Notes under the pieces: model-generated
Told to the model about the DNA's origin: nothing
The model's database searches: none
The model's input: the letters and a program-made list of their open reading frames with translations, nothing else
Position numbers and translations under genes: made by a program
NCBI RefSeq assembly: GCF_009914755.1
Contig: NC_060930.1
DNA: 64,000 nucleotides
Reading direction: 5' to 3' (one strand)
Source: the human T2T-CHM13v2.0 reference genome, Homo sapiens
Shown: one piece after another, positions 37,644-51,564 of the stretch
Numbering within the stretch: the first letter of the stretch is position 1
How the letters are laid out: every line of letters starts with the position of its first letter

Positions 37644-40599
37644 GCACCATTTTAACTGATCTGAAACCATCAACTCATTAGACTGTTGAGTAAACAACAA
37701 GTAAAAATACTCAAAGCCTTTAAATTTTTGTTTTGAGCAATTTGTACTTGTTTTGACTACACACATGCACCTCATTTACTTGTTAATTTATCTGTTAAAT
37801 GGATTTTACAAAATTTATGAAGTAGTATTTGAGAATGCCTCATGAACAAAAATCCCATAAAATATAATCTTAAATGTTTTAAAAATACTAAATTGCCATA
37901 ATGTAAAATTTAGCCGATTTTCCTTAAGAATGAGCTACAGATTCATCTCAGAATAATCTCTGTCTAATCATTGGTTTGTCACCCAATAGTGAGGACAAGT
38001 TCTCAGGGCTTTTGGTTTAATTCTCATACATTATCTAGGATGAGATTTTAATAACTCAGTATCACTATAGTACTTCTATGCAAGATGTTTTTTTCAATAA
38101 ATGAAGAGTAAAATTTGAACACCTTTTCTAATGAGGTAATATTTGTGCCACTGGAAAATAGAGCAAAATACATATACTCCTCAAAAAAATAATAAAAGTG
38201 TCCAAAAATATTGATCATAGGTTGATCTAGTAGGCATATTTAGTGAATCAAAGAAGATGCTCATGGTTGAAAACATTAGGGCCATGAAATATTACATAAT
38301 AAACAATTACAATGAAGGAGATTATAGAGGAGATGGAAGAAGTTATTTCATCAGAGGGGAACAAAAGAATGTGCTTTGAAGTGGAAACAATCTGGTGGGA
38401 ACTTCTGTGCCATATTATTATCCACATTATTTGGGTCATGTTTAGTAATCTGAGCCTCTGTCTCTATGCCTGGAAAATGGAATAAAAGGGTATCAGAGAC
38501 CCTTTCAACAGTTTAAAAATCCTAACTGTAAGCAAAGTGCTAAGCTCAGTCCAGAACATTATAGTAGTTTTCTAAGGGCTTATTCTCATCCCCTACAAAA
38601 GACAGATAATGGAACAAAATGTTCAAAGAGTCATATGTAAGTAGGTAAAATACAGGTTACAGTAAGTCAAAGGGCTTTCCAGTTTGGGTATATATGCTTT
38701 TTAAGAAACTTTAATGGAAGAATTATATGGCTTGAGTTCTAATGCCAAATATGGTACCAGTCTGGTTAGACTAGGAAACAATTTAAACTCTTCAATTTTT
38801 ATAACTGCAAAAATTAAAGAATGTTTGGTAAAGAAATTCTAAGATCCCATCCATTTGTAATTGATGACTAGATGATTTTATATATATGTAAATGAAGACT
38901 ATATATATATATATGCTTCATTAATATTGATAATTAGAAATTTCCCTATTTCCAGTAAAAATTTTAACAACTTGGAAAATAATATTAGTTTGGTCATAAC
39001 TGGTAACTTAACTAACTAATATCCCTTTTTGGGGAAATTTAACTTAGATTTTACCTAATAGTTATAGAAAATAAAGAACAAATTCAATCTATCATATACT
39101 GTACAAAAGTGAGAAATTCAATCTATCATATGCTGTACAAAAGTGAGAATAAAATAAGTCATACTGATAGATATTGAGAACACTAAAAATCATGCTGTTA
39201 ACAAGAACAGAAATAACAAAAAGAAAAATTAAATGATATTGGATACTCTTACTAGTTTGGATAAAGATTACTCTGATTGTGGGTTTTGACTTCATTAAGA
39301 TAGTTCACGGATAATTAACTTGACAATGTTCTTTATTATTATTACTTTAGAATTATCACTACTTTTAAAGGATTATAGAAAGAAGCTTATTGTGGGAAAC
39401 AAGATTTGTATTCTAGTTATAATTTGTTAGCAGTCAATGGCTTATTTTCTCTGACCTTTGTTTTCCAATGTACAAAAAGTTTTAAAGTCTTCCAGTTTTA
39501 AAAGTGATTTATTTCCTTGCACAAGTATTAAGCGTGGTTTATAAAATTAATTTTAGTGACTATTTCCAGAGTGCTTTACAGTTTTTAACTACCTTCTACT
39601 AAATCAGTCTGTTAATCATTTGTTATACCAATTAATAATGGGCTATGGGTCAATGATTTGGTAGTTATGGTGTTAAGCAAAATTTTTCCTCAGCAGTGTC
39701 AATCTTCTTACATAGGCCCATGAGTCTATGCCCATAGTATGAGTGTGTGTAGAAGGTACACTACAGAGATAAATGGCTCAACTCTCTTTGACCCTGGAGC
39801 AAAATAAATGAGAGTAATAAAGTTCACCCCTTTGAGTTTTGCCTTGTTATCAAATATTCCCCAAATGGTGCAGCCAATAAAAGTGAAATAGTCTGTCAGG
39901 GGAAAAACAACAACAAAAAAATACTTCCTATTTTTTTCCCTTCAGGCACTTTAAGACAAGACAACTTCAATTTTAGATATATGAATGAAATTACTTCTAA
40001 AAATTAGAAAATTCTATCAGCTCAGAAAACATGAGTATCTTTAGCAGAAAGTTAGACTTCCACTCCAAGAATAATAGTATTGTGCTGTTTCATGATTTTT
40101 TTTTTGTCTTCACTATAAACTGAGAAACAGTGTTTGACTTCATTTTCTCTGTTTTAGTTTCTTTTCAGTTACATCCACATACTAATAAAGACAAAGAAGA
40201 AAAAGTTAAAGGGGCTCTTTGGAGAACTCAACATTTCCCTTCACCAGGTAGAATAAGATCATAGCCGAAGAACCGTCAACATACTTTTAATGCATTAAAA
40301 TTAAACTACTTAGTGTATGTATCAATACTTAATAAATGAAGGAAAGAGTGCCAGAAACCAGGGCCTATTCCAACGCTGAACTGCTACCATGGCCTTGGAG
40401 ACTAAAAATCTCCCTGTGCTGTCCTTGCTTCTCTTTTAGGCTTTACTTTTGATACCATTTTTGTAACTGTTTTACTAGGATTTTCCTTCCCTTGGGCCTC
40501 TGTGCTCTCATCACACTAATGTCATGTTTATTGGTCCTGCTCCCAGTCTGCCTAATCTTCAAGAAACTTGTGTGAACTGAGGCCAATTCCCACCACATT

Positions 40600-41450
40600 T
40601 ATAAGCACTTTGACTTTCTTTAGAAGCTTCCTGCATCTCTCCCTTACTGCTGCTCTTCTTTTTATATCACTTTTCCAAATCCGTTCTATTCTAGATCCTC
40701 ATTTAAGGAGAAAACAGAATATCTTCAACTTCCCTTTCCACCTCACGTTTTCCCCTTATCTATTAATCTGCATCTGCTATAATCCATTATCAGTCAATGG
40801 TCCTCTACTCACACCAGGGCTTATTCCCTTTCTGTCTCCTTCAGCATTTTGCTTCATGGCTGATACCCCTATTTTTTCATCTTCATTGTCTATCTCCTCT
40901 TGATCCATCCCCTCAGTGTTTGTTGTTTACCCACTCCATTACTTGAATTTTACCCTTCAAACAGATCATCCATTGGCTTCTCCTTGATTTTCTTCAATTA
41001 TTAACTGCTTTTTCCTACTTATATATCTCTGCTTTCCCTGTAGTTTAAAATGTTCTAAATGTAAGTCTCCTCAAACATATAATTTCATGCCAATTTTATC
41101 TTCCTTTTAAAATTTCCCCTTTATCTAAAAATCTTATCCAAAAATCATAGCTTTACTTATCATTGCTATGTGAATAATTTCCTTGTAAATTTATATATTT
41201 AACTCCTGTTTCTATTCTGAGCCCTAGTGCCAAATTTTCAAATGCTACTTCATTAACTTCAAATTCACACCTTTTTCCTCCAACCTCTATTTTTATAAAT
41301 AGTGTGCCTTCACACTACTCCCACTCACTTCCCTACCCACACATACCCACTAACCCTTAATCAAAATATCAGAGCTCTGATTCCATTCCTCTTTCTTCTT
41401 GCCCCCTGTAGCCAATGAGTTACCTAGACTTGTCAATTCTATCATAATAC
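40600..41450 (+). mobile_element. L2 fragment
   Basis: Pyrimidine-rich degenerate L2 text (ctcagcatt-like; catagctttacttatcatt; ctgagccctagtgcc). Confidence 0.5.
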
Positions 41451-41943
41451 TACTTTTGTCATCTTCTAGAGGTCCATGGAGTACCCGAGGACAGGAAATA
41501 GAAGGGAAACAGTTGTGTAAATTGATTTGCATTTCCTCCATGCTCAGTAACATGCTTCTCATACTTTTCCTAAGCTTGAATAGAAATGGATACTTATGCC
41601 CTTTTCCACTTACACCAAGGGCCAGATATTTCTTTTATAATAAAGTAAGGAACATTTTTATACTGCTCTTTGACTTAGAATTTAAATTCAGATCTTTCAT
41701 TTATTTTCTGAAGGTGTTCATTAAAGAATATTCAAATAGAAAATATATCCTTTAATCCTGTTCTTTAAAATGTCCTGAGACAATTTTTGGTGGTATCTAT
41801 AGGTATTTTTCCACCTTGATTATATCAAATTCTAAAGCCCCCTATTTTCTGAGTTCCTCCTAAAGTTAATATAATAGGTAGCATTACAATTAATTGCAGT
41901 AAACTTACAGATAAAAGCTAACCACGTATGAATCTGGATCTCT

Positions 41944-41944
<1 letters not shown>

Positions 41945-41986
<42 letters not shown>

Positions 41987-42245
41987 AGATGGAGTCTCGC
42001 TCTGTGGCATGATCTCGGCTCACTGCAACCTCTGACTCCCTTGTTCAAGCGATTCTCCTGCCTCAGCCTCCCAAGTAGCTGGGACTACAGGCATGCACCA
42101 CCACACCCAGGTAATTTTTCTATTTTTAGTAGAGAAGGGTTTTGACTATGTTGGCCAGGATGGTCTTGATCTCCTGACCTCGTGATCCGCCCACCTTGGC
42201 CTCCCAAAGTGCTGGGATTACAGGCATGAGCCACCACTCCCAGCC
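41945..42245 (-). mobile_element. AluS with a 41-nt T tail and a ~20-nt internal deletion
   Basis: ctcgctctgt joins directly to ggcatgatctc. Confidence 0.95.
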
Positions 42246-45200
42246 AGATCCCTTATTTTGAATTCAACTTAGAATTCAAATAAAGTTTAGAGATTTCACT
42301 ATCCATTTTAGATTGAACTATCTAACCATCTACTTTAGATGATCATAAATGTTACCAAAATAAAAACCTTGCTTCAAAGCACTGTAAAAAGGTAACACAG
42401 TTGCAAATTTACCAACATATTTACTTGTTTTGTTGTTCTATAAGAGCATTTTGTAGCTAAAATTCTTAGTAATGATTATACATCTCCATTTAAATTCACC
42501 TCAGAATTCTATTTTAGTATCAGAGTGCTCTGACACTGAAAGCTTCTGGAATGTATTCTTTTAAGGAATCACCATTGATCCTATCCTACTATTTACATAC
42601 TGCCACAAAGTAGAAATTATATTTAATTGAGCTGAATGAGAGAATCACACAACAAAGTGCTCTGCTTTATTCAATTCCCCGATATTTCTTATGTGGGATG
42701 ACTAATCAAATATAATTGTTGGTGGATGATACATATTAATTTGATACATAGTTTTAATCTAAAACACATATTTTATCTGCATGCTAATTCAGAACATTTT
42801 CAGGCATCTAACCCATAGTTTTCAACTAATGGCAAACATGTCAGATGGAGGAAAATAGTTCTCACGTATTAAGAATTATGAAGTGGTATTAAATTAATAG
42901 GATGAAAATTTTTCCCAGTCAGGTATAATTATTCTGCATTTTCTTCTTATTTATGATTCTGTGAACAAAATATTTTTATACAAATTCATTTCTTTTTTAT
43001 TTCCTTTCTTCATTCATTAATTCATTCATTTAAAAATGGTTCCAGTTGACATGCAGTATGCTGGGCTGTAAGCTATTTGCTGGGAATACAAAGATTTTAC
43101 AGTCTATTGGTATTGTTAATATTGATAGTTTATGTATAAAGTCTTCCTGGACCTACACCAGGATAGCTGAATTCTATTATATTACATGCAATTACACCAT
43201 TCTCAATTCAGCATCTGATAGTTCTGATGAATGTTCCATTTATTTCCACAAGACTTATATGTTTACTATATCTGTTGCCATCACAGTCATTGATCCTTCT
43301 TGTGTCAGTCTCTACCTAACAATTTTTTTCTTAGCCCTCTGGATGAAAACTTAAGTTGGTGTTACTAGATATCTTACCTAATCACGAGGCCTGCTAAGAG
43401 ACACTACTGCCTAGATTGTAGATCAAAGGACAACCTCCCACAATTATCTGGTGCAAACTTCTATAAAATATATACCTGTTTCAAGTAGCTTTGACTGCCC
43501 AGGATAATGCTGCAACCTTTATGAGTGAATTGCTCAGTGCCAAAGCAGTAATCCTACAGCAGTGTTGCATGGACATGCTAACGTGTATTAGAAAACAATC
43601 TACCTCACTAGAATCCATGGGACTCACAATCCTTACCTGATCTGAAACTGAGAATTACGACCTAAATATTTATTGAAAAATTGTTTTCACTGAACATTTC
43701 CCCTGCTTTGGGTTGATACATGAACTCTGAGCTTTAAGTTATCAATTATTTTTGTGCTTAGGTTGTACCATCCAGACTAGATAAAATCTATCAGAGCTCG
43801 TTTGCTTTCCAATGGTGTTACTACTATCTAGAATGCAATGCATTTGTAAGGTTGATCACTTTTATTGCCCTAATGAGTGCACAATTAGTTCTTTACATTA
43901 AAGATACTCAGATTTCAAATGCCTTTTACTTACCTATATATTAATCCTATATTTATGTGATTTAAAAATTAGGTCAAAGATTTTATGTAGACACTTCAGA
44001 TTTTTATTTTGTTTTTTGAATACATTAACTATTTCGTTCTGACCGAGTTGACATACTTTTCTCCTTAGTCAAAAGCAGAAAGATTTGCCTATAGCAATTT
44101 CCATGTCTCTTCTCTTACTATATTACATATAGAGAGAAATGATTAAGGTAGTTTTTTTAAGTTTCATTTCATAACTTTCCAATGAAAAGCAATACCACTC
44201 TTTTCAGGTTTTCTCCACATTTCTAAGAAATTCATATCTGTCAAATTCAACACTTGATCTTTAATTTCTTGGGGCTATTTAATACTGACATATGTGCTAA
44301 CTGACTATCTTTAATTCTTCAGGGTTTGGTTTCATCTATTCCATCAAGTATTTTAAGAAGTTTGAAATTCTCCCAGGATCATTTTTCTAAAGGGACTTAC
44401 AGAAAGACAACACTAGAAGGATTTTATTATATACCATCTGAAAGAAAAATTAATTTTGCCTCAGGTCTCAAATGTAAATGAGAGCTCTATTATATAATGA
44501 AGGTTTGTCTGAATAACCTAATTGAATCAAGATATAAGAAATATTCAGATATTTTATGGCAGAGATGTGCTTTTCTCTAAATGATTAAAATTTAACATCT
44601 AAAATTTCTCCAATTTACTAGTTACACAATTTTCACTTCCTTTTTGCATATCTATGGTATATTCCCTATCATATCCTTATGCAAATGATAAAATGACACC
44701 ATTTTATCTCAGAATGTGACAGTTGAGTAAATAGATTTAAATGAAAAATGGCAAAGACTCACTTGGAGATGTACAATAAGATCAATCACTAATGATTAGA
44801 AATTATATTGCTTCATTGTCACTCACTTTTTTGGCACAATAATTCTGCCAAAGAACCTATTTTATTGAATGACTTACTCTTTTTACTTAATAATTAGATT
44901 CCATTGTACTATAAATATAAAACTATCCCTTGGAGTTATGGTTGGAAGAATACGTAGACAGTGAATAAGTTATCTTTTCTTCCCATCATTTTTATGCACA
45001 AATACCCAACAACTGCCCAACATGAAAATACGTGCTTTCTGACGTCTGATATCAAACTTCGCACACTAAATGCAGTCAGATTTTTTTCTGAGCAGGCTCA
45101 CTATATATTATCTTGGACATATGTTTGATATTATCTGGAAAAACAAAAACAATGAGTCAATGATTTGAGCTCTACTTGACACTGAAAAGGAGTTTGGCTC

Positions 45201-46488
45201 CATAAACTGTTTCTGAGAAGAATATTTCACTCTGAGCATAGCAACGAAGGTTCCATTATTAATGTAAATAAACGAGAGGAAAGAGGGAAGCCTTGATGAT
45301 TGCAATGGTAAAAATTTAAACAGCCCTGAGACTGTTGATTAGAGTTGACGTTAGTAAGTGGCTGGGAATGCAGACATTTGATCCAGCATACACTATTACC
45401 AGAATTCACACTGACCAATTAGTATCCTCTCCTAAAATGTATTTGCACTCTGAGGAATTACAATTTCCCAATGGCACCTTTGAAACCTCATAACTTTCTG
45501 GAAAGGGTTTTTTGAATAAACGCCACGTGGATTTTAGAGTAAACGTCAAGCAATTTCATTAGCCAAAAATACAACTTTTTTCCTTCTTCAGCTAATATAT
45601 AGATTTAAATCATTTAGAGGAGTTATTCTGATTCTAGACTACACATTCATTTACATGTTGAGTTGCAGATCCCAATATAAACATGGCTAATCTTCCTGGG
45701 CATCAATTTTATTTAATGATAATAGTACATTAGTATGGATCTCCAGAACAACTTTCACATATGATTGGAAATCACATTTGTCTGCTAAAACAATGAAGAA
45801 AAATAAGTAAATTATACTTTAGATTATTTCTGATTGTTCTGATGCCAGGACTTTAGTCATAATTCATAAGAGAAAAAGTTTCAGAAATGAAGATGTAGAC
45901 AATCTTTGCAAACCAGTTTATAGATTAAATCTGTACATGTGTTTTCTTCTCAGTACTAATAGTAGCATGAATACAGTGACACATGGATGTTATGCTGACA
46001 TTGGTGTTATTACTGCTATGTATACATATGAACACATGTGGTCCTAGACGCAAATACATTAGTGCACACATATATACACAAATTAATTATTCCTATCAAT
46101 TCACTCAGGGAATTTCTCCTAAGTATTATGTTTATTGTACCAGTAGAATCCCACCTGCTTGCTACTAGACCAAATTGTTCAAATAAACTCGTATTTTCAC
46201 TAGCTTCCAAAAAGAAAAAGGAAAAATTACATGTGAGTGAAAATAGAAAGATCATTAGAAATTTCTGTTTTCTACTTTCCAAAAGTGTAGTTTTTCAACA
46301 GAGTAAAAATGACATCACAAAAAAGTGATTTGAAATCTTTATTCTTTTTCATGATTTCCAGTGAACTAGCTTATTCTTCATTAGAAAAAGCATAAGCTTT
46401 GGCCTATCCAATTCAGAATAAAAGGAATTAATGGACAATTAGAACTTGATGATTCAAACCCATTATTGCGTTGATATTGGCTGATTAA

Positions 46489-46831
<343 letters not shown>

Positions 46832-46883
46832 GTTTTATCATTTTAAACTGGAAACAATTTAAAGGTCTAACAATAACAACTGT

Positions 46884-46943
46884 TATTTGAATATAACAAG
46901 TATTTGAATATAACAAGTATTTGAATATAACAAGTATTTGAAT
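46884..46943. repeat. 17-bp minisatellite, 3.5 perfect copies
   Basis: Unit tatttgaatataacaag. Confidence 0.97.
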
Positions 46944-47129
46944 CCACGTTTTGTTTTGCTTTTTTTTTTCATTTTGGGATGAGGTATACATACATAACCA
47001 CGTATGTGCAGGTTCAGTGTCTATGTTAAGGCTCATAATAACAGTTTTTTAAAAGATTAATGCTATTTGAAAATTATTTGCTTTGCCCGTAGCCTCAACA
47101 CTTTTCAAAAGAAATATGAGAGTACTTAC

Positions 47130-47172
47130 CTTTTTTCAAAAAAAACAAGTTTTCAAATGCCTTCTTTTCCAC
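47130..47172 (-). other. Candidate 43-nt internal exon
   Basis: T-rich tract...tttag | exon | AAG/GTAAGT; the only open frame reads VEKKAFENLFFLKK. Confidence 0.4.
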
Positions 47173-48415
47173 CTAAACGTTGTAAAAGAAATAAATAAAA
47201 TAAAATAAATAAAATAGTGGAATTTTGCTGTGCTTAAAGCAAAAAAAAATCTAAATATGAAATTGTTTCATTTTTACACCTACATGATGACTGGAATTTC
47301 ACAACAGAGAAAAGTTCTTCTTGTTTCTTTATCTTGTCTATGCTTTCCAGGCTTCAAGAAGGATTTATCTAGGCATCATCAGACTTTCATCCTATTAATT
47401 GCTCTATTTTACATATCACAGAAGAAAGGTGTACTCTTAACCAGTAGCCAAAGTTAAAGGAGAATTGAAGCAATTTTGGGTCAGTGGCCAGCATCAACCC
47501 CAGCTTGGGATACTAGCATTCTGTTCCAATTACAGCTCTCTGCCAGTCTTAGACTTTCCTACATCATTTTAATATGACTTGGATGTGACAGATGTACATG
47601 CTTTTGTGCCCAGACTTTGTCTTGGAAAGAAGGACATTGTCTTCTGGAGAGCAAAGAAAGAACACTGATTGCTAATGCTAATTAAGAGTAGAAGAGCAGA
47701 ATTGAAATAATGTAGCTAACTTTTAAAAATAGACATACGTATTTCCAAGTATTTGGCAATAATTTATAGTCTCTATCTCTGGAAATGATCCGCCAGGGAG
47801 AACATCATGGATAGGGGGACATGGGGCCACCTGCCTATCTATGTTATCATTGGCAGGAAGTAAAATTGTTCTCAAAGAGTCAGCATTAGCATCTATGGTT
47901 CTCAGGACCAGAAACCAGTGGGTTGGCAGAAAAGTAATTAAGCAGACATCTCACATGGACAGAGCCCATTAGTATTTTATTTAAAAAAATTCACTGGGTC
48001 AGAACTCCTTAGCAAAACAAAAATGACCTTGCTCTCATTGTGGATAAACTGTGCCTCTTTTTTAGTTTTAAATCAATATCTACCTTAAGGTAATTAGATT
48101 AATATTTAAATATTTTAATGGATCAATTAAGTTAATGAAAGAGAATTAAATATTTGAGAGAAATAGAGTAAAATTTCAAAGTATATGCAGTACTTCAAAC
48201 CATAATTTTAAAATGCCAAGTATCTACCTTAACGAATACATAGTATCAGATACTCCAAAGCAATTTATATCTTGTGATACTTTGCCTACAGCTGAGAGCC
48301 AAGAAACTTGGTTTGGAAGAAAACAACTTTCTTCTCTCAGACACTCTGCAAGTCCAAGAGAGAAAGGACCAATGCATTTGGAATTTTTTGGTGTGTTCTG
48401 CTCTGTACATTTTCT

Positions 48416-48434
48416 GTGACCACCTGGTGGACCT
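48416..48434 (-). promoter_or_regulatory. Candidate CTCF site
   Basis: Minus strand reads CCACCAGGTGGTC. Confidence 0.45.
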
Positions 48435-49067
48435 GATATGAGCAGCAATTGCTGAGTACATAGGTGGTGCTATCTGTCATCATACCCTTCCTGACTCCCA
48501 CAGACATCATCCAGCATAGGCTTGGAATACAGAAAAAGAAAAGAAATGGATTCTTTCACATTATCCCTTCTTATTCTGCCCAGTTGTTCTCCCCTTAGTT
48601 TGAACATTTATTTCGATCAAGATCTATTGAATTCAATTTAACAAATATTTATTCATTTTTTGCTCTCTGTCTATGGAAGGAAAGTAAGCTATTTACTAGA
48701 GTATGAGTCTATGCCAAGTGGCATTTTAAAGATAATTTTTGTTAAAAACTTCCATTCTTTTCTCACAGGAAAAAAAAGTACATTATACCAGCAATTGACA
48801 GTTATTGTTTAAAGGATATTTATTGTGGGCAAGTAATGTAGAATACATTCCTAATCTCTTGTTTCAACATAGCATAAAGACAGTGTCATAAATCTTCTTT
48901 TATTTCAAATAACCCAGGGTGTTCATTCAATAATGTACATTTGCATACGTGGCATCTGCTGATGCTTTCTCTAGCAACATCTCAAACACATAAATTGTGT
49001 TTAAGGTATAGTTTATTACATTCTTCTCCCAACCTGTTCCTACTTTGTATTCCTCATCTTTTTTTTT

Positions 49068-49457
49068 ATTTTGGAAATTATTTTTATTTTTTAAATTCAC
49101 AAATAATAATTATATATACTTATGGCATACAACATATTTTTATATATGTACATATTGTGAAATGACTAAATTAAGGTAATTAACACCCATTACCACACAT
49201 TTTTTTGTGGTAGAACACTTACACTACTCTCAGCAATTTTCAAGTATATGTTATATTGCTATTAACTATAATTGATATATTGTACAATTGATTTTCTGAA
49301 CTTATTCCACCTAACTAAACCTTTGTATCATTTGACCAATATCTCCCCAGTCCCTCCCTCCCCCAGCCCTTGATAACCATCATTCTACTGTCTGCTTCTG
49401 AGTTTGACTTTTTAAGATTTACATATCAGTGCGATCATGTGGTATTTGCCTTTCTGG
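49068..49457 (-). mobile_element. L1MA (MA8/9-like) 3' end
   Basis: tactctcagcaattttcaagtat...cccagcccttgataaccatcattctactgtctgcttct. Confidence 0.85.
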
Positions 49458-49604
49458 GGCAAGGCCTGATATTTTACCAGCTTGACTTTTGTATTTGGTA
49501 CTCATTAAATAGTTTATATGCACAACCCTCTGCCCACACTGGTCCTCAAAGTCAGTCTCACAGGTGTAATATTTTTTCAGGCAGCAGGGTGAGGGGGAAG
49601 GAAG

Positions 49605-50045
49605 TAATATTTATTGGGCATCTCCTATGGACCAGGTCTTTTAAGCAATATCAATTGACCTCACCTAATGTTTACAACAGCTCTGTGAAGTCTGCATTAT
49701 ACTTGGAGGAACCTGAGGTTCAGAGAGATTTAGGGACTCAACCAAGGTGAGGAACTTGGTGGTCATGGTGTAGGGGTTGACAATCCCTCCTCCCTGCTGC
49801 AGAATTTCCCAAAGCAGCCTTCTAACAGTGATACAACATCTCTCCTTCAATTCTGAAGACCCTGGAATGGGGATGGGATGTAGACAAGTTAGAAGACCAA
49901 CACCTATTGAGCACCTACTTATTTAAATAAATGTTATACTGATGAATGCTATCAATATATAACATTTAAATCTGTGAGCCAGGCATTTATATCTCTGTTT
50001 CCAGATGAAGAATGAAGGTTCAAGGACATTGATCACATTGCTCGG
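49605..50045 (-). mobile_element. Two MIR fragments (49605-49750, 49898-50045)
   Basis: atttattgggcatctcctatg..ggaggaacctgaggttcagagag; tattgagcacctact..ccagatgaagaatgaaggttca. Confidence 0.7.
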
Positions 50046-50581
50046 GGTATATCTGTTCTCCGAGCCTTCTCCTCGGGTTGATCTAGGTGGATATCCGCTC
50101 CTGACCAAAAACTGATAGGAATCAAATATTTTCATTGTCAAAGCAGCTTCTGCTTTTCTACCAAGGCTCTTCCAAAACTTCTGGGAATGGATAACAATGT
50201 TTTCTGGTTCTACTTCACCCTGAGCACAAGGGAACCTGGTCCTTGAATGAACCTGCACTCAAAAAATCAAACTAAACACCAGATAGTTTAGATTGGCATA
50301 AATGCAAATCAGAGTGTTGGGCTTTGCTTGTATTTGCTGACATGCTATAGTCCCGGAGTCAAGGTGCCAGGGTCCTGGGAGGAACAAACGCATTCCCATT
50401 GATTTATTGTTGAAAAACCCTGTTATCAGCCTACCCAAAGGCCTTGCCCCACCCTGCCTTGCCTCACCCACATACGTTCAGTTTGTAATTCTATTTCCTT
50501 TTGCTGCATAATACCTGCTTCAGTTTACCTTTTTCACGGGAGCCTCTGGCTTGGAAGTCCCCCAAATGCATACTTTATCTG

Positions 50582-50713
50582 TGTTGTGGGTTTGTTTAAT
50601 ATCTCCTCAAGACTCACTTGCTGAATTCCTAACCCTCAGTTTCTCATAGTGTGACTGTATTTGGAGGTAAGGGCTTTAAAGAGGTGATTAAAATGAAGAC
50701 ATTAGGGTGGGTC
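50582..50713 (+). mobile_element. MLT1B-like LTR 5' fragment
   Basis: tgtgactgtatttggaggtaagggctttaaagaggtgattaa...ttagggtgggtc. Confidence 0.75.
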
Positions 50714-50724
50714 GTGTATTCCTT

Positions 50725-51270
50725 ATCTTAATCACCACTCATTTACTTATCCAAGCTAGAACTTGGGTTAGTTTTATCTTTTCCTTTTCTTTAATTTTTG
50801 CACATCAAATAGCGCAATGAATCTTATTAAATCAATTTTCAAAATGACTCTCAATCCCACACTTCCTTTTCATTCTTACAGACCCTTGATTAATTGACAT
50901 CTTTATCATTTCTAGTCTGGACTACTATAGTCAACTCTCTCCATGTAGGTTTTCAACATTCTAACATGCAAACCAGCTAGAATTATCTTTCTAAATGCAA
51001 ATTTGATAATGTCACACCCATGATTAAAATAACTCAATGTTTATTCATTATCTGTACAATAAAGTGCTATTTCAGGGCTGAAAGGACAATCTCCACCTTT
51101 ATTCTTTCAATTCTCCACATCCATACTTCCATGTGTCAGTCATACTAAATTATTTGCTATACCTTATAAATTCCATCTGTTTCAGCATCCTTATATTATG
51201 TATTCAGCTATCCCTGATCCCACCTCTCCTCTTCCTTTTCCATCTGTCAAATTTGAATGCTTAAACCAGG
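50725..51270 (+). mobile_element. L2 fragment
   Basis: atcatttctagtctggactact; atctttctaaatgcaaatttgataatgtcac. Confidence 0.7.
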
Positions 51271-51276
51271 TAACAG

Positions 51277-51408
51277 TAAAGTTATCATACATATGGTCTT
51301 CCCTGGGTCAGTACCGGTTTATGTCCACTGTTTCAGAGTAATCATTAATAGCATGCCCTTTCACTCTCTAGTGTGGTGGCCTGGATGATAAATTAGATGA
51401 TTCCCTTA
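51277..51408. mobile_element. MER94-like hAT-Blackjack MITE
   Basis: ccggttta...gtaatcattaatagcatgccctttcactctc...ggatgataaatta. Confidence 0.75.
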
Positions 51409-51564
51409 GCCAAAAGTCACCTTCTCTCTAAAACATGCCTTTAATTATCTGGAAGCAAGTAGTTGTTCTTGAAACACTGTAAATATTTCTACATGGTGTA
51501 TGTCACATGGTAGTATAACAAATAATGTGCTTAAATATCCTGACAAATTATACGTTATAATAGT

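Noticed and set aside
46884-46943. Short direct repeats as a possible CRISPR-like array
   Set aside because: No spacers, head-to-tail tandem units, eukaryotic context.
48213-48461. Three overlapping ORFs and a plus-strand acceptor at 48291
   Set aside because: No recognisable homology, weak donor, and ORF lengths expected by chance.
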